From NCBI GenBank assembly GCA_043228905.1, contig JBHGNT010000004.1:12586001-12650000 (forward strand): a stretch of 64,000 nucleotides of DNA. Direction: 5' to 3'. Below, piece by piece: positions 59,160 to 64,000 of this stretch (positions are counted from its first letter, which is position 1; each line of letters starts with the position of its first letter). Made by a program: the position numbers and the translations under genes. This DNA comes from Azolla caroliniana. Its lineage: Eukaryota; Plantae; Polypodiophyta. The notes below the pieces were generated by a model that made no database searches, was not told the DNA's origin, and saw only the letters and a list, made by a program, of their open reading frames with translations.

Positions 59160-62100
59160 TCTACCCCCACCAAACTGCACGTCCTTTGGTACATGACAAG
59201 AAGAGAGAGTGTGAGATTTCGGCTACGGTGATTAATCAGAATCCTCCACGTCCTCATTCACATCCGTCGTACTATCTTCATCGTCGAAGTGATCGAGGTC
59301 AGGATCCTCGTCTTATCTTTTCTTTAAAAACCTTTACTCTTTTTCCCGCAATGGGTATGGCCAACCTTGATCCATCTAGCTCCACAAGGTGGTATGTGGC
59401 ATTGTCGTTGGCACTTATCACCACATACGATCTGAACCATCTTCTTGCAAACTTTCTTGTTGTACTGTGTTGATTGTCAAGGCTGTTGGCGTAGACCAAT
59501 ACCCAATCTCCTTCTTCGATCTTCTTGGGACGTAGTCGATGCGTCTTGTCGAACCGAATTTTGTTCTTCACTCGGGCTGCCTCCATCATTTTTCGCGCAT
59601 GTTCCAGATCTTCAGGTCTCCTTTCAAGTTGCCTTATCCGTGCCGCTAATAATTCTTCTCGGCTCATCTCGTTCTCCCATGGTATCGCTACCCATCAGGC
59701 GATCGTCCTTTCGATGGGCATCACCAGCTTTTGTCCATACATAAGCTCCGTTGGCATATACCTTGTCACCGAGTTGTGTGTCGTTCTGTCGGCCCATAAG
59801 GCATAGGGCAATAGTCATGGCCAATTCCCGACTCGACCGTTGCATGCTCGTACGATGGCTTTGATGATGGGTCCATGCCCTCGCTCGATCTTCCCATTCG
59901 CTTCTGGATTGTAGGCAGTCGTGAGGGAGAGCTTCACGCCTAGTCGTTCGAAAAGCTCCGTTGCTTCGTGTGCATCCAACTCCTCTCAATCGACGACTAT
60001 CTTCCCCACACATCCATATCGGCAAACAACCTCTTCAAGTAGAAATTTGCAAACAACTAACGTCGTCTTATTTGTCAAGGCCCGTCCTTCCACTTGATTT
60101 GTCAAGTCTTCTCTTGCCAGAGCTAAGTACTTCATTTGTCCCACTCCCATTGGCATTGAGACCAGATCCACCATCCATTTGAAGTGTATGGTGAGCGGGT
60201 ATGTCGGTCATAGCTCATCATGATGACATATATTCGAATGTACTTGGCATGTTTCGCATGTGGACACGAAATGGAGTGCATCTTTGTACATGCTTGGCCA
60301 CCAGTACTTCTCCTTCATCTTCTCAAATGTCGCCCATGTTCCTCTATGACCTGCCTAGGCACTCTCGTGGAATTCGGTCATTAATGTCACTTGCTCTTCT
60401 TTCTTCACCACCACTCGACGTGGTATTCCTGTCCTTCTTTTTGCGTGTTGCCAAAGGAAGCCTCCCTTCAAGAAGTATTGGTAAGCTTTCTTCCGGATTC
60501 GTAGGGCCTCCTCCTTTGTCAACGAAGCATCCACCGTCATTGTTTTTAGGAATCTGCCGATCAGTAACCACTCTCCTTCGTACTCATTCTCGTTGAAAGC
60601 ATGGAGGGTTAGCATGTCCTTGTCTTCCGCCGACAGTCGAGCCATCTTGAAGAAGTCGAGGGTGACGTCTTCATCTTCCGAAACCATGTCACTTTCACTT
60701 TCAAATCTTGCCCTTGACAACATATCAGCCATGGCGTTCTTCTTGCATGCAATGTGGCGGACTTTGGGCTTAAAGACTTGATATAGGCAATCCACCTTAG
60801 CATAACTAAATCTGGGGTCACACATCCCGATATCATTCCGAGGATTGGGAGACAATCAATCTCTATTATCACTTCCGACCCGATTAGGTAATCTTTGTCC
60901 GTCTTCACTGCCAACACAATACCCCAAAGTTCCCGCTTGACTTGGGCGTATCTTTGTTGTCGTTCGCTGAGAACTTTTGCTCCGAACCGGATGGCATACC
61001 GCGCATTATCTTCTCCTTCTTGGTTGATGACCCATTCAATTTCGGTTGGGCTTGTATCTACAGTCACATAAATCGACTTTCCTTCGGTATAGTCAGCCTT
61101 TCTTAGTGCTGGAGCTTCAAGAGGTAGTTTCTTCAATCTTCGCATCGCGTTCGTGTGCTCATCACGCCATTCGAACTTCACTCTTTTCTTTAGCAATCCA
61201 TATAATGGCTCGACGACATGAGCGTAGTGCGGAATCCATATATGGTAAAATGCACATGCTCCAAGGAACCTTCGAACCTCCGTTTGGTTTACGCATTCTT
61301 CTTTCATGTCCTGGATCGCGTTCACCTTTGATGGTGAAGGCTTCTGGCCATATGCTCCACATAAGTGACCTACCACCAAGATCTCTGGTTGCCCGAATGC
61401 GGATTTCTCTCCCGAAAATGTCAAATTCGCGTCTTCGAGCCTTTGGAGCACCTTCTCGCAATCTTTCATATGATCCATGACGAACTTTCTACACCCTTAT
61501 CTTTTGATTCATTCTTCTCTTCATCCGAACATCCTTTTATTGGAATATCATCCAAGAATGGCATCGTGATGTCCGGGATGCAATCCTTCAAGACCTTGTT
61601 CATGGCATTCACCATATGAGCCACCGAGTTCGTTGCACCTTGAGGTAAGGTACACATCAACATGAGCCCGATCGGAGTCCTCATGGTTGTAATGTCACGA
61701 CTGTCGATCACCAATTGGAATTGGTCATATCCGGAGTAGAGATCATCAATGGAGTAGATGGACAGGCCCGCAAACGCCTCGGCAAATTCGTCCACGCTCG
61801 GACTGAATCTAGCATTTCGAATTATCATCTTGTTGACGGGTTGAAGATCTTGGATGAATCGCAATGATCCATTCTTCTTCGGCACCGTGAACCACCTATT
61901 ACAGTAAGGAGCATTCGACGGTTCTAGAATACCCATATTCACTTTCTCCTTTAAGAGCTCGATCAGCTTCGGAAGGTGCGCTCTTGGAACTGGTATCAGT
62001 TTCAAATTCCAAGGCACATGTGGCAACGTGAAGATCACCATCGGCTCTATAATCTTTGGGTTGGCACATCCGATTTCTTGGGGAGAGAACGCGAAGGCTT

Positions 62101-64000
62101 TCCCATGCCTTTCAAGCATTTCACGAAACTTTCACTCCTCTTCAGGGAGGAGGAAATCCTCCTTTCCAACTCGTAGCTTTCTTTTCGTCTCTTCGGTGAA
62201 GACATGGCCTATTGTCTTTGGATCCCTTAAGCTTGGATCATTAGCGACTTCCTTCATCTTTTGCCAGCTATCTTCTGGTAGCGGAACCGCAACTGGCTTG
62301 ATCTTCTTATCCATCGTTTTATATTTTGTGTTGACTTCGGCTTCCTCCATCAAGATGCCACGATAGTATTCATCGATGATAGCGTACATGTTGACGGAGT
62401 TAACTGAAATCACACGTTGGTCGTGAAGATAGCTCAAGTCCACGACGTCCTCAATTTCGCCGATGGTGTCGTTAAATGAGGCTTCTTCCATAATATGAGT
62501 CACGAACTCTTCTTCTTCTATTATGTTTTCTTCGTTCAGCATCTTCTCGAATTCTTGTATCCGACGCTTGTCCTTCTTGTCGGGTAGTACTAGTTTACAT
62601 GTGCCACTAGGTGTGACACATGTTGCTTCTCCTCGCAATCCACACGCTCTTCTTTCTTGTGGGGACTTGTGATCGCTCGGACTATTTGTGCCCCATGCTT
62701 CAATAGTCCGCTCTAAAAATCCGAGGATTCGCCTCCAAGACTATCTCGATTTCTTTCATGATTAGCTCGCACCGTTAGGAATTGAACAAATATTTGGTTG
62801 TCAAGACTCTTTATTTGAGCAAATGCTGCGCCATTGTCGAACACTTTGGTTTCCATCCGAGATGATGTGATATACGGTTGTCCTAGGATGACAAGATGTG
62901 ACACCGATTCTTGCATGAAGAAGTGTTGATCCATCTCCACATCCCCGATCGCGACTTTAACATTGGGACAAGCTCCGTACAAGTCCTCCGTAGTCTTTGT
63001 TGTCGCACGAATCTTCCATCTGTGATTTGTATTGATTGGCCATCTTCCTTTTTGTAGAAGTCGGTTGACATGAGGTTGATCTTCGAGCCGTGGTCGATCA
63101 AGGCTACCACGGTCTCTTTCTTCTCCCCGATCTTCACCGGCATCTCCATTGTCGCTTGTGCCCAATGAAGTCGAGTATAGTGGTTGTCCACCATTTCTTC
63201 ATCGACTTCGTCTCTTGCCATCATTATGGCATTTGCTTTCGCTTTTAGTGGCTTCTCTTCTTCTTCGTCTGATTGTTGCCTTTTTCGCTTTACAAGGTCC
63301 ACGATCGTGTCGTGGAACTCCTTCTTCGTAATGACGAGTAATTCCCTCAAGGACAAAGTGACGTGGCTGTCAAGAACGTGTTCCTCGAGAATCTTCTTCA
63401 GGTCTGTCGTCTGCTCTATGTCCGACCTTAGCTTATAGGTAGGCATAGTCCTTGTCTTCGAGCGGGGTCTTCGACACCAATCTTCACGGGCCGAACCGTT
63501 TCTTCGACTCGTTTGCTCGACTCCGCTTTTCGGCTAGCGTCTCCTTCCTCCATTTGTAAAGATTGACTCGTTTTTGCATCTTCTTTCTTTTTCACATTCC
63601 TTGTTTCATGTCTTTTTGATGGGCCTTGCTCTTCTATTCCTTTTCTCTTTTCTTCGAAGAACACCTCGTGGTTGTCGCACATCACTTCCACGAGTATGGT
63701 GTTGTCATCCATTGGATCCGACCACCCGGTTATGCTTTGCACGCTTCGGTTCGCAAGCTCTACCTCATTCGATGTGACCTTCCCCATCTTCTCATACTCG
63801 AGAACGGAAGACCAAAACTTTGCTCCCACTTTCGCAGCTTCATTTTTGTCTTTCATGACTCTTATTCCAGTCGTTGCAGCATAGTGCATCGCATCCACAT
63901 GAGTCGCCTCAGCATCTTCCATAGATTTCTTCATTCCCCCTCTTCCAAAATTCACCCACAGGGGTCTTCGAGTTTCAGTCGAGCAGATCATGTTGTCATC
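58225..64000 (-). mobile_element. Atypical fungal-style Gypsy element B: gag-PR, RT-RH-INT, PPT and 3' LTR; 5' end outside the window
   Basis: PR ALIDHGSKINLMS; RT FIQDLQPVN, DLYSGYDQFQL, LPQGATNSV, PFLDDIPIKG; RH VTVDTSP..KRELWG; INT WMVDLV..AYNPEANG; PPT-like tggtgggggtaga at 59160-59172; LTR 58225-59159. Confidence 0.92.

Overview
Eukaryotic nuclear DNA from a land plant. A fern or other seed-free plant is inferred from the PLS-PPR relics, the Tcn1-like chromoviruses and the style of the plastid insert. Positions 1 to ~37.8 kb are a deeply nested, decayed cluster of LTR retrotransposons. It holds two chromodomain-bearing Ty3/Gypsy copies, an atypical fungal-style Gypsy element (RT motif PFLDDIP), an Athila-like non-chromovirus with a long extra 3' ORF, five Ty1/Copia copies or relics and two solo LTRs; most borders could be fixed from TG..CA ends and target-site duplications. 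The 37.8-41 kb stretch has a LINE relic and an old chromovirus whose LTR carries a mosaic plastid insert (trnL-UAG joined to ndhI). The only intact host gene is a 14-exon OST48/DGL1 (oligosaccharyltransferase 48 kDa subunit, 440 aa; minus strand, 41669-54705). Its introns carry Copia elements, a hAT MITE, a 107-bp tandem repeat and a partial exon duplication. Beyond it lie a PPR pseudogene, a Copia LTR and a second fungal-style Gypsy copy (58225 to the window end). The most notable observations: (1) antisense tRNA-like A-box/B-box modules in the LTRs of two unrelated Gypsy lineages; (2) a Gypsy family with TGTCGT..ACGACA termini, CpG-centred 4-bp target sites and a conserved -1 frameshift signal after the protease; (3) a self-priming PBS in the chromovirus. 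All coordinates were read by eye and no database searches were run.
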